Below, in pieces: positions 19,585 to 27,714 of a DNA stretch of 28,829 bases. Each line of letters begins with the position of its first letter. Position 1 is the stretch's first letter. A program made the position numbers and the translations under genes. The notes beneath the pieces are model-generated. The model searched no databases, was not told where the DNA came from, and worked only from the letters and a program-made list of their open reading frames with translations. Origin of the DNA: Myxococcales bacterium (GTDB lineage Bacteria > Myxococcota_A > Polyangia > Palsa-1104); the NCBI GenBank assembly GCA_023248835.1, contig JAHFDU010000002.1:1-28829 (forward strand). Reading direction: 5' to 3'.

Positions 19585-20573
19585 TGCGAGACTTTCTCGC
19601 ACAGCACGCAGGCGCAGTCAGTTTGGGCGTGCTCGCGCTTTGCCTGCTCGCTCTTTTGACCGCACTCGCGATCGGTTTATTGATTTTAGCTGGCGCTCGG
19701 TTTTCTCTGAATAAGGCACGTCGTCAGAATGGCGCCGCAGCCGCCGAATTTGTCATCGTCATCATTCCGTTCATGTTGCTGTTGACGGCGATTTTGCAGT
19801 TGGGGTTGGCGGCATTTGCTCGAGTGCTGGTCAGCTACGCGGTGTTTTCGGCGGCGCGCGCCGCGATCGTAGTGGTGCCAGCGAGCTCGAGTGGCAGCGA
19901 CGGCGACGCTTCCAATCAGATCGGATCGGGTCAGAACCGACGCGACGATTTTTCGAATTCCAAAAAGGCGGGCGAGATTCGCAACGCCGCCGCCTACGCC
20001 CTGATTCCCGCGTCACCCTCGATCGATACCTATGCGGTCGATATGGTGCGCGACTTCCCTGCTTACCTGGTCGATCGCGCCACCCATCCCGGCAGTTCGC
20101 TCAGCGCAGGCGATGCCACTTCTCAGCTGATGTCGACGGTGCAGTCGCTTGCAGGTGGCGGATTCAATCTTGGCGCCGCCTCGAGCGGCGTATCGGGCGC
20201 GAGCTACAGCGTCGATCGCGCATTCGATTCCGGCTTCGGCGATAGCTCTGGTTTTTCGGGTGCGCTCGAGCGCAGCTTGCGCAAGTATGTTTACGCGCGG
20301 CTGACCACCGCTGTCACGCTCGAGGATGAAAACGGCAAGGTGAAATCGAAGTTCGGCTTTGGCGATCCGATTCGCGCCAAAGTCACCTACCTGTTTTACT
20401 GTCAGATTCCGCTCGCCAATCGGTTCGCCGGCCATCGGTTTTATGATTTGCCTGCCGACGCAATCGAGGAGATCAAAACGTCGAGCATCGGATCGCTCGC
20501 GCAGACTGGACTCCCCGGTTTTTATATGGCGCTGTCGGCGGAACACACACTGATCAACCAGGGACGACCATGA
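19578..20573 (+). CDS. TadE-like pseudopilin domain protein with long C-terminal extension
   Basis: TadE/TadG N-terminal motif RRQNGAAAAEFVIVIIPFMLLLTAILQLGL after an N-terminal TM segment. Overlaps tadV by 7 nt. Confidence 0.7.
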   Translation: MVMRDFLAQHAGAVSLGVLALCLLALLTALAIGLLILAGARFSLNKARRQNGAAAAEFVIVIIPFMLLLTAILQLGLAAFARVLVSYAVFSAARAAIVVVPASSSGSDGDASNQIGSGQNRRDDFSNSKKAGEIRNAAAYALIPASPSIDTYAVDMVRDFPAYLVDRATHPGSSLSAGDATSQLMSTVQSLAGGGFNLGAASSGVSGASYSVDRAFDSGFGDSSGFSGALERSLRKYVYARLTTAVTLEDENGKVKSKFGFGDPIRAKVTYLFYCQIPLANRFAGHRFYDLPADAIEEIKTSSIGSLAQTGLPGFYMALSAEHTLINQGRP

Positions 20574-20582
20574 ATTGGTTGC

Positions 20583-20701
20583 GTCCTTCGACCTGGCTCA
20601 GGATGACCCTTCGACGAGCTCAGGGTGAGCGGGTTGATATACCGCTCATGCTGAGCGCAGCGCGAAGCGCGTCCTTCGACGGGGCTCAGGATGAGCGGGG
20701 G
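20583..20701. repeat. composite copy of the palindromic repeat family (one partial plus two right-half modules and one left-half module forming hairpins) between the TadE-like and TadG-like genes
   Basis: Modules gtccttcgacctggctcaggatgac, ccttcgacgagctcagggtgagcgg, ccgctcatgctgagcgcagcgcgaagcgcg and tccttcgacggggctcaggatgagcgg share the gctcagg-tgagcgg and cgaag/ccttcg motifs of the 831-955 and 24318-24446 copies. Confidence 0.7.
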
Positions 20702-20725
20702 CTGAAGCACGGCTTGAGGCTGTGG

Positions 20726-22129
20726 TTGAGACGACTGCACAGTGACCAGGGTGGCAACGTCCTGGTGCTCTATGTCGCGGCGGCGCTGCTGGTTTGCGCG
20801 GTGGTATGGGCACTTATCGGCACCGGGCAACGCATGGTGCAAAAGGAGACCATCCAGCGTTCCGCCGACGCGGCGGCGTTCTCGTCGGCAGTGATCAAAG
20901 CCAAGGGGCTCAACCTGATCGCGTTTTGTAATCTACTGATGGCGCTGCTGCTCGCGGTCATCATGTTGCTGCGGCTCATCAAAGGTGCGCTCGCTACATT
21001 GGTGGCGATCTGCGTTGTTGCTTGCTTTGACATTTATGGTGGCGAAGTCCTGTGTGCCTTCGAGCCGACGGCGCAAAACCTCTACGATCAATATTCGAAT
21101 CTGCTCGATGAGCTCGAGCCGCGCATCATCGACGGCATGAAAGCGCTGGGGCAGGTCGAGCGAGCGGTCAATGAGACTTTTCCGGCGCTGGCATTGGCCG
21201 AGAGTCTCCGCGTCGGTATGCATTCGGATTACAAACAGAACTACTCCCAAGGGACGCTCCTCACCGCGACCTGGCCGCTGCCAGTCGGCGACGACTTAAA
21301 GCTGCCGACGGAGGATGGCACGTGGGACGAGCTCTGCCACCAGGCCAACCTGACCATCGGCCGGATGATCGAAATCGTCGGCAAGAAGATCGGCATCCCT
21401 GGATCGGTAGGAGGGGTGTTCGCCAGCGTCATCTCGACGCTGCTGCAGCCGCTCGAAGGCGTGCTCTGTGGTGACGGTGGCGGCAGCGGATCGTCGACGC
21501 AAAATGCCAGCGCGATGATCGATGTCGCGACGCCGCAAACCGATTGTAGCCAGTGTAACAACGCCACCGCGATGATGCTGGCGGGCGAGCGCGTCGTCAC
21601 AAGTGGCGGCGCCACCAATTTGATTCCCGGCATGTGCAAACTCGATCACTTTGACAGCTCGCTCTGCTCGCCCGGAACCAACGACATTGTTGGCTGCGGA
21701 GACGGCGACTACACCCATCTGCAGTTCTCAAGTTGTCTGGTGAAGCGCAAACAGAAACAGGATCTCGGTGGTGCTACCAGCGATCAGCCCAAACCGCTCG
21801 ATCTCATCGACAAGTGGCAGGAGCACCGCAATGTGCGAGCGTTCACGCTGCTCAGCGACTCCAATATGGAGGGGCGGCGACGTGCGGTGGCGATCGCAAC
21901 CCGTCCGCAAGATCGCGGATCGGCGCCGTCATGGAACCAATTACTGGGCACGGCGCAGGCTGAGTTTTTTGCGCTGAACGGCCACGAAGATCTATGGCAC
22001 ATGAACTGGCGGGCGCGTCTGGTGCGATTTTCACTCGGAGATTCGGCCGGCGCACCGGCGCAAATCGGCAGTTTCTTTTCGAGCGGCAGTGGTGTGTCGT
22101 CGCTGATGAACCAATTGAGTATTCACTGA
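20726..22129 (+). CDS. TadG-like (Tad N-terminal domain, PF13400-type) pilus-assembly protein, Cys-rich C-terminal part
   Basis: GGNVLVLYVAAALLVCAVVWALIGTGQRMVQKETIQRSADAAAFSSAV matches the TadE/G-like N-terminal domain. The ORF-track start at 20570 translates the repeat element (RRAQGERVDIPLMLSAARSASFDGAQDERG). The in-frame TTG at 20726 (LRRLHSDQGGNVL) is the proposed start. Exact start uncertain. Confidence 0.6.
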   Translation: MRRLHSDQGGNVLVLYVAAALLVCAVVWALIGTGQRMVQKETIQRSADAAAFSSAVIKAKGLNLIAFCNLLMALLLAVIMLLRLIKGALATLVAICVVACFDIYGGEVLCAFEPTAQNLYDQYSNLLDELEPRIIDGMKALGQVERAVNETFPALALAESLRVGMHSDYKQNYSQGTLLTATWPLPVGDDLKLPTEDGTWDELCHQANLTIGRMIEIVGKKIGIPGSVGGVFASVISTLLQPLEGVLCGDGGGSGSSTQNASAMIDVATPQTDCSQCNNATAMMLAGERVVTSGGATNLIPGMCKLDHFDSSLCSPGTNDIVGCGDGDYTHLQFSSCLVKRKQKQDLGGATSDQPKPLDLIDKWQEHRNVRAFTLLSDSNMEGRRRAVAIATRPQDRGSAPSWNQLLGTAQAEFFALNGHEDLWHMNWRARLVRFSLGDSAGAPAQIGSFFSSGSGVSSLMNQLSIH

Positions 22130-22136
22130 GGTGAAC

Positions 22137-22682
22137 ATGTCCTTCGACAAGCTCAGGACGAGCGGCAAAGAGACCAGACGGTCACGAGCTCACAGAGGGG
22201 CGGCGATGGCGGAAATGGTGATCTTAGCGCCGCTGATGATTGCGCTCTGGATCGGCATCGATTTTTTTAGGCAGGGTTACGTCCGGCGACTGCAAGCGAT
22301 CGCGGACGCCGACGGGCGCGCTTGGAAATTGGCGATGTCAAACGACCTCTCTTGCTACAAAGGCGGCAGCGAAACACTTTCGCAGGTGTCGACCGCAGCC
22401 TCCAATAATTCAGGAGTCGCAGGTCAGGCGGTCTCAACTTTTCAGGCTAACAGTGGATCGTCGTCGCTGTTCATGTACGGTCATGCCGACATCACCGCGA
22501 CGCGAGAAATCAGTCGGCACGGCGCACTCAAGGGCGGCAGCGTCAAGGCCGGCACCTATGTCATTTGCAACGAAGTTGTGCCCGCAACCAATGCGAATGC
22601 GGCAAGTGGCGCTCCGTATGAGGAAACCGCCGATCAAGACGTACTCAGCCCAGTGGTGAGTTTCATAAAGTCGCTGTTTTGA
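22137..22682 (+). CDS. TadE-like pseudopilin (second copy)
   Basis: HRGAAMAEMVILAPLMIALWIGIDFFRQGY TadE motif. ATG at 22137. The ORF-track GTG at 22131 is in-frame upstream. The first 10 codons (SFDKLRTSG) coincide with a solo repeat module. Confidence 0.65.
   Translation: MSFDKLRTSGKETRRSRAHRGAAMAEMVILAPLMIALWIGIDFFRQGYVRRLQAIADADGRAWKLAMSNDLSCYKGGSETLSQVSTAASNNSGVAGQAVSTFQANSGSSSLFMYGHADITATREISRHGALKGGSVKAGTYVICNEVVPATNANAASGAPYEETADQDVLSPVVSFIKSLF
22139..22165. repeat. solo right-half module of the palindromic repeat family (gtccttcgacaagctcaggacgagcgg)
   Basis: 23/27 identity to gcccttcgacaagctcagggcgagcgg in the full copies. Confidence 0.6.
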
Positions 22683-22684
22683 AA

Positions 22685-23593
22685 ATGAGATTGCGTGCCT
22701 ACATACGACCGATTGCGCGCTTGACGATGTTTTTTGTTGTTTGCGCGGCGCTGCTTGGCTACATCGACTATCGCGTGGCGCGGGCGGCGGTGTTCGATCG
22801 ACTGCTGACGTTGGGGCAGAAAATGGCGCCCTATCTCGACGACGGTCGCAACAGTGAAAAGCCACGGCGACTCGATCTCAATGGCGTGCATTTCTGGATT
22901 TCCGTCGGAAAAACCGCGCATCAGCCTCGGCAAGTGCGTGACTTTTATCTACAGCGTTACGCCGAAAGCGGCGAACTTAAACGTGTGGGTGACGACTTGC
23001 GTCGACGAAACTTGTGGCCTGCGTCCGCTCCCGCCTTGAACCAGTTCTCGTTTGGCGATGACAAACAGGGTGGCGTTGCCGCGATCGATTATGGTGCGCC
23101 GCTGACGTTGAAGGGACTCAAAGAGCGGGCACAGCGATTTTCTAAAAGTGGCGACCTTTCTGACATTGGCCAGCTGCGCTACGCCTACTTTGAAAAGACC
23201 GACAGTGGCACGCGAGTGATTACAATGTGGACCGACGATCATTTTCGCCTCGCCGATCTGCTGCCGGCGCAAAAACAGGACGCACCCGGCAGCGATCTCG
23301 ACGGCGTTCCGCGGCCGCCGGGCAGCATCCGCATTCTCTCAGCGATGGAAGAGGGGATGCCGGCGCGGGCGGTGGTCTACGAGGGGAGTGGATCGCCGAC
23401 AGCGGTCGAAGCCTTCTATCGCGTTCGCATGAACAGCGTCGGCTGGCGGGAGGACGAAACTTTTTCAGCACTCAGTCGCCGCAACCGGCGCCACGCGCTG
23501 CACTTGCAAAACGAAGTGGGTCACGAAGTGGTGATTACACTCTCCTCCGATCGGCCGGGACAAGTGATGGCAACGGCGATTCAGATACATTGA
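22685..23593 (+). CDS. hypothetical membrane-anchored protein (N-terminal TM helix), last gene of the pilin module
   Basis: ATG 22685 (MRLRAYIRPIARLTMFFVVCAALLGYI) 3 nt after the upstream stop. The ORF-track TTG at 22679 overlaps the stop. No recognised domain. Confidence 0.5.
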   Translation: MRLRAYIRPIARLTMFFVVCAALLGYIDYRVARAAVFDRLLTLGQKMAPYLDDGRNSEKPRRLDLNGVHFWISVGKTAHQPRQVRDFYLQRYAESGELKRVGDDLRRRNLWPASAPALNQFSFGDDKQGGVAAIDYGAPLTLKGLKERAQRFSKSGDLSDIGQLRYAYFEKTDSGTRVITMWTDDHFRLADLLPAQKQDAPGSDLDGVPRPPGSIRILSAMEEGMPARAVVYEGSGSPTAVEAFYRVRMNSVGWREDETFSALSRRNRRHALHLQNEVGHEVVITLSSDRPGQVMATAIQIH

Positions 23594-23599
23594 TCCAAC

Positions 23600-23628
23600 T
23601 TGACTACATATAACGTCTAACGTAGACT
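23600..23628 (+). promoter_or_regulatory. candidate sigma-70 promoter (TTGACT-17-TAGACT) for a leaderless antitoxin mRNA, with inverted repeat gtcta-acg-tagac overlapping the -10
   Basis: Read directly. The -10 ends 6 nt before ATG 23635. A palindrome at the -10 is the usual arrangement for TA autoregulation. Confidence 0.3.
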
Positions 23629-23634
23629 TATTGA

Positions 23635-23943
23635 ATGAGTTGGAAGATTGGCCAGGCCAAACAGCGCCTGTCGGAGGTGATCATGCGAGCGGCGAGCGGT
23701 CCTCAATTGATCTACAACCGCGAGCGGCCGGTGGCGGCGGTGATTGCGGCCGAACAGGTAAGACAGTTTGTCGATTGGCTTGCTCAGAGCGGCAAACCGT
23801 CGATCGCCGATCGACTGGCAGAGGCACAACAGATCTGCGCCGAAGAGGACTATGAGATGGTGGTGCCAACCCGGGTCGATCGGGAAAACCCTTTGGCTCC
23901 TGCGCGAGTGCGGCGTGTACCTCGTCGACACCAACGTCGTTAG
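23635..23943 (+). CDS. Phd/YefM-type antitoxin
   Basis: MSWKIGQAKQRLSEVIMRAASGPQLIYNRERPVAAVIAAEQVRQFVDWL matches the Phd/YefM N-terminal fold pattern (W-x-x-x-AK-x-x-x-SE ... PV-x-I-x-R-x-x-x-P-VAV). The 3' end overlaps vapC. Confidence 0.7.
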   Translation: MSWKIGQAKQRLSEVIMRAASGPQLIYNRERPVAAVIAAEQVRQFVDWLAQSGKPSIADRLAEAQQICAEEDYEMVVPTRVDRENPLAPARVRRVPRRHQRR

Positions 23944-24307
23944 CGAATTGATGCGGCCGCGACCGCAAGCCAGCGTTGCCCGGTTTGTCGGCGAGCTGTC
24001 GCGCTTTTCGGTCAGCGTGATCACCCTCGAAGAGCTGTGGTTCGGTTTGGCGCTGCGCCGAAGCGATCGATTGCTGGCTTGGCTTGATCGTTTGGTGGCC
24101 GATTGCTGTGATGTCCTCCCGGTAACCGCGACGATTGCGCGCCGTTCCGCCGAGCTGCGCGGCGTTTTGCGTGCCTCGGGAAAAACCCGTACCCAGGCCG
24201 ACATGCTGATCGCCGCTACTGCGGTCGAGCACCAACTGTCCGTGGTGACTCGCAACCGCCGCGATTTCGACGGCTGCGGTGTGCGAGTCATTGATCCGTT
24301 TCAATAG
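23915..24307 (+). CDS. vapC: VapC PIN-domain toxin
   Basis: GTG start gives (M)YLVDTNVVSELMRPRP..., the canonical VapC N-terminus. C-terminal ADMLIAATAVEHQLSVVTRNRRDF. The ORF-track start at 23768 is an upstream extension. Confidence 0.8.
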   Translation: MYLVDTNVVSELMRPRPQASVARFVGELSRFSVSVITLEELWFGLALRRSDRLLAWLDRLVADCCDVLPVTATIARRSAELRGVLRASGKTRTQADMLIAATAVEHQLSVVTRNRRDFDGCGVRVIDPFQ

Positions 24308-24317
24308 TACATTTTAC

Positions 24318-24446
24318 GGTAAGCGTTCACGCTCCCCAGCCCGTGCACCCTGAGCAGAGCGCAGCGAAGTCGAAGGGCGAAATAAACGAAATCTGCCCTT
24401 CGACAAGCTCAGGGCGAGCGGGGAGTGGTAGGCGTGAACTCTTGCC
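24318..24446. repeat. ~125-bp palindromic REP/MITE-like element, copy 4, between convergent vapC and NUDIX genes
   Basis: ggtaagcgttcacgc...cctgagcagagcgcagcgaagtcgaagggcgaaataaacgaaatctgcccttcgacaagctcagggcgagcgg...gcgtgaac. Reverse translation gives the PLALSLSKG artefact peptide seen in ORF 24314-24802. Confidence 0.8.
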
Positions 24447-24449
24447 TTT

Positions 24450-24911
24450 TTACAATACTTCCGGAAATGCCACCCGATCGATGCTGGTGAGTTGAATTGG
24501 CACTGGCGAGAGGCCTTTTTGCAAATCGGCGGCGAAACGAGTGCGCAAGACGGTTGGCACCAGCAGCGAGCGCTCAAGTTCAGCGATCGGAAACCAAGTT
24601 GGACTGCGCCCGGGCTGACGCGGCTGAATGGTCGACAGTGGCGAAGTCGGACGCAGCAAATAGTAGAGGCCGAATTCGTGGATGCGACGGCCCTCTCTGT
24701 CGACAAAGAAATTCTCGATGTGATAGGCGAGCGGTCCGATGTCGAGGCGCAGGCCGAGCTCTTCGTCGAGTTCGCGGCCGAGCGCGCGGCGCGCGGTTTC
24801 ACCCTTTTCGATGCGACCGCCGTAGAGCATTACCTGCGACGGACGCTGATCACAGAGTAGGCGATCGTTTTCGACCAGCAGCGCGCGCACCACCAAGCGC
24901 GGACCCTTCAT
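24450..24911 (-). CDS. NUDIX hydrolase
   Basis: Nudix box GGRIEKGETARRALGRELDEELGL (G-x5-E-x7-REUxEExGU). The start overlaps the upstream gene's stop by 4 nt. Confidence 0.85.
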   Translation of the reverse strand: MKGPRLVVRALLVENDRLLCDQRPSQVMLYGGRIEKGETARRALGRELDEELGLRLDIGPLAYHIENFFVDREGRRIHEFGLYYLLRPTSPLSTIQPRQPGRSPTWFPIAELERSLLVPTVLRTRFAADLQKGLSPVPIQLTSIDRVAFPEVL

Positions 24912-25633
24912 TTAGCACCTCGAATCGCCGCCGGTTTGGCGAGCGTGCGAATCACCGCCGCTTGCAAATCGCGATACGAAGGCGGTGTCGCCAGTGCTTC
25001 ATCCGCGCCAGCGTCGAGGCCAAGCTTGCGCAGTTGCACATCGGCCGCGAGCAGAATCACCGGCGTTGAATGCTCGCGGTGGGCGGCGCGGCCGCGCGCT
25101 TCGGCGATGGTTCGCATGCCGATTTCTGGCCGCGCGTCGAGGTCGACCAGCACCAAATCGGGACCGCTTTCGAGCGCCACCGAAGCCACGCCAGCGTCGG
25201 TGGCCTCGAAGATCTCGCATGTAACAATGCTGCGGACATAACGGCCAAGTAGCGTCAACCGCTCGGGCGAAGGCGTCACGATCAATACAGTGAGTCCCAA
25301 AAATCCGCGCACCAGACCATCGAGAACACTGCCGTAGTGCTCTTCGAGAGTTTGAAACTGCACGCCCATGCCGCGCGGCAGGCCGTCGCCGAGGGCATCG
25401 ATCTCAGTCTCGGGACGCACCCACGTCACCGTTGATTCGACCGTCAATTCACCGGCGCCCGGTACTTCAAAACTGAGTACAACTGTTTCCCCGATGGCAA
25501 GCGGCTCCTCGGTCTCGATAAAAATTCCGCCTTTAGAAAGATTGACCGAGTACGAAACCAAAAACGCACCGGCGGTGCGATAACTGACTTTGAGCCGGAT
25601 CGGGATGCGCGGCTGGCGGCGATCCTCGTTCAT
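24908..25633 (-). CDS. PilZ domain (c-di-GMP-binding motifs intact) fused to a degenerate receiver (pseudo-receiver) domain
   Basis: RRQPRIPIR (RxxxR) and NLSKGG (D/NxSxGG) PilZ motifs. The C-terminal REC-like fold is DLVLVDLDARPE...PVILLAAD...ALATPP. It lacks the N-terminal DD pair, the conserved T and the K. The ATG overlaps the parB TGA (ATGA). Confidence 0.8.
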   Translation of the reverse strand: MNEDRRQPRIPIRLKVSYRTAGAFLVSYSVNLSKGGIFIETEEPLAIGETVVLSFEVPGAGELTVESTVTWVRPETEIDALGDGLPRGMGVQFQTLEEHYGSVLDGLVRGFLGLTVLIVTPSPERLTLLGRYVRSIVTCEIFEATDAGVASVALESGPDLVLVDLDARPEIGMRTIAEARGRAAHREHSTPVILLAADVQLRKLGLDAGADEALATPPSYRDLQAAVIRTLAKPAAIRGAK

Positions 25634-26514
25634 CAGGAGCGAAGAAGTTTTCCGAGCAGGGTGTCGAGTTGATCGAGGCTGTGGTAGTCGATGACAATGG
25701 CGCCTCGCTGTTTGTCCTTCTGTTCCAGTCGCACTTTGGTGCCGAGCGCGCGCTCAAGCCGATTTTGTAGATCGCGCACTGCCGCGGACTGTGTCGGTGC
25801 GGTGGTTCGCGAGGGGCCTTGTTGCGTTTGGCGTATCCATTGTTCGGTTTGACGCGCGCTCCACTGCTTGGCGATCACGCGCAGCGCGCCGGCTTCGATC
25901 GCGGAGCTCGACTCGAGTGCCAGTAGCGCACGTGCATGGCCCATCGGCAGCTCGCCGCTCGCCACTTGGTGGCGAACCGAGATCGGCAACTTCAACAGAC
26001 GAAGCGCATTGGAGATCGTTGCGCGCTCTTTGCCGACTCGCTTGGCAACCTCCTCTTGGGTGTACTTGAATTCGCTCAATAGCCGCTCGAACGCTTCGGC
26101 CTCTTCGATTGGATTGAGATCTTCGCGCTGCAGATTTTCGACCAGCGCCAGTTCAAATGATTGGGCGGCAGAGGTTTCTTTGACCACCACGGGAATATTT
26201 TTTTGGCCCGCCAACTGCGCCGCCCGCCACCGTCGCTCGCCGGCGATCAGCGTAAAGCCGCCGCCTTCGCTTTCGGGTCGCGCGCGCACCACCAACGGCT
26301 GCACCAACCCTTGGGTGCGGATCGAATCGGCGAGCTCCTGCAATCGCGCGCCGTCAAAACTGCGACGCGGATTGTCGACAGAGGGATGCACGTCTTCGAT
26401 GGCGCACTGAAAAAAATCGCGGCGCAGCGGGGTGATGCTGGAGTGCGCGCCCGGGATCAGCGCAGACAGGCCACGCCCCAGTGCTTTGCGTTTGTCGATT
26501 GTCGTCTCACGCAT
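25633..26514 (-). CDS. parB: chromosome partitioning protein ParB
   Basis: Motifs KRKALGRGLSALIP and GERRWRAAQLAG plus an HTH region. Classic ParB. Confidence 0.95.
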   Translation of the reverse strand: MRETTIDKRKALGRGLSALIPGAHSSITPLRRDFFQCAIEDVHPSVDNPRRSFDGARLQELADSIRTQGLVQPLVVRARPESEGGGFTLIAGERRWRAAQLAGQKNIPVVVKETSAAQSFELALVENLQREDLNPIEEAEAFERLLSEFKYTQEEVAKRVGKERATISNALRLLKLPISVRHQVASGELPMGHARALLALESSSAIEAGALRVIAKQWSARQTEQWIRQTQQGPSRTTAPTQSAAVRDLQNRLERALGTKVRLEQKDKQRGAIVIDYHSLDQLDTLLGKLLRS

Positions 26515-26532
26515 TCCGAGGTTGGCTCCTAC

Positions 26533-27312
26533 TCACTGAACCGCGTCGGGCTGTCGATGTTGCAGTTCAGTCGCAAATGCGAGGTAGCTTTGACAGCCGC
26601 TCGATCGCTGATCGTAAAGCAAAATTGGCTTGCCGTGCGACGGTGCTTCCGACAGCCGGACATTGCGCGGGATGGTGGTGTCGTAGACTTTGCCGACGAA
26701 ATGGTTACGCACTTCGTTGGCGACTTGTTGCGTCAAATTCATTCGCGCATCGACCATGGTGAGCAATATTCCCTCGAGCTCGAGCGCCGGATTGAGCGCG
26801 GTGCGCACCTGTTCGATGGTCGCTACCAGCTGCGACAAACCTTCGAGGGCGTAGTACTCGCACTGCATCGGAATCAGCACCGCGTTGGCGGCGCACAGCG
26901 CATTGAGCGTGAGTAGCCCGAGCGACGGCGGGCAGTCGATGATGATGTAGTCGTATTGATCGATCACCGGCTCGAGCGCCTCTTTGAGTCGCCACTCGCG
27001 GCGCTCGACTGAGACCAGTTCGACTTCAGCGCCCGACAAATCGCGCGTCGCTGGCAACAGCCACAGCCCGGGCGCCTCGCAAAGTTGCGTCAGTTCGCGC
27101 ACCGAACGCTCGCCAGCGAGTGCTTCATAGATGCCGGCAGCGACGGCGTCGCGACCAAAGCCGAGACCGGAAGTGGCATTGGCCTGCGGGTCGAGATCGA
27201 CCAGCAGCACGCGCCGACCTGACTGCCCGAGCGAGGCGGCCAAGTTGATCGCGGTCGTGGTCTTGCCGACGCCGCCCTTTTGATTCGCGATAGCGAGAAT
27301 TCGTTTTGTCAT
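26533..27312 (-). CDS. parA: chromosome partitioning ATPase ParA/Soj
   Basis: MTKRILAIANQKGGVGKTTTAINLAASL, the deviant Walker A. ATG at 27312 is preferred over the ORF-track TTG at 27345. Confidence 0.95.
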   Translation of the reverse strand: MTKRILAIANQKGGVGKTTTAINLAASLGQSGRRVLLVDLDPQANATSGLGFGRDAVAAGIYEALAGERSVRELTQLCEAPGLWLLPATRDLSGAEVELVSVERREWRLKEALEPVIDQYDYIIIDCPPSLGLLTLNALCAANAVLIPMQCEYYALEGLSQLVATIEQVRTALNPALELEGILLTMVDARMNLTQQVANEVRNHFVGKVYDTTIPRNVRLSEAPSHGKPILLYDQRSSGCQSYLAFATELQHRQPDAVQ

Positions 27313-27352
27313 GGTTGCCTGGGTTGACCCAACTGATCGCGACAATTTGTAT

Positions 27353-27380
27353 CATATAGCGCGTCACACAAAATCTTGAA
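27353..27380 (-). promoter_or_regulatory. candidate sigma-70 promoter for parA (minus strand: TTCAAG-16-TATATG) at the edge of an AT-rich spacer
   Basis: Read on the reverse complement. Weak match. Confidence 0.2.
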
Positions 27381-27534
27381 TTTTTCTGCGCGCCGATAGA
27401 AGCTTCGCCACCAACACAATAATTTGCAAAAAAGAGGTTCAAGAAAAAACGCAGCAAAAAATTTGACCGTCGAGAAGTGGCCGTTAAAGTAGGTAGATGT
27501 AGGACAAACACCTTCATCAACCCGGAGGCTGCTG

Positions 27535-27714
27535 ATGCGAGCGAATACGATTCCAAAGGTCTACCGATCTTTTGAAGAGTTTGAACGAGACGAGCTGCGC
27601 CGCCTCGACGGAGTTCACGCGACGATCGACGAAATGCTGGCCGAGATGTTCCCCGAAGAGAAATCCACCCACAAGATCCTTGCGACGGCAAGAACTGCAG
27701 CGGAACGCGATTAG
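27535..27714 (+). CDS. 59-aa small acidic/helical protein, unknown function
   Basis: SD ggagg 7 nt upstream. ATG 27535 to TAG 27712-27714. Translation MRANTIPKVYRSFEEFERDELRRLDGVHATIDEMLAEMFPEEKSTHKILATARTAAERD. Not in the ORF track (<60 aa). Confidence 0.4.
   Translation: MRANTIPKVYRSFEEFERDELRRLDGVHATIDEMLAEMFPEEKSTHKILATARTAAERD

Noticed and set aside
23617-24304. 224-aa and 207-aa minus ORFs antisense to the antitoxin/vapC pair, and plus ORF 23631-23855
   Set aside because: Arg-rich frames without motifs. The Phd/YefM and PIN signatures lie in the other frames.
25600-27540. Search for parS (tGTTtCACGTGAAACa-like) near parAB
   Set aside because: No convincing 16-bp palindrome of this type was found by eye anywhere in the window. 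The CACGTG occurrences at 3826 and 6188 lack the flanking GTTTC/GAAAC arms.
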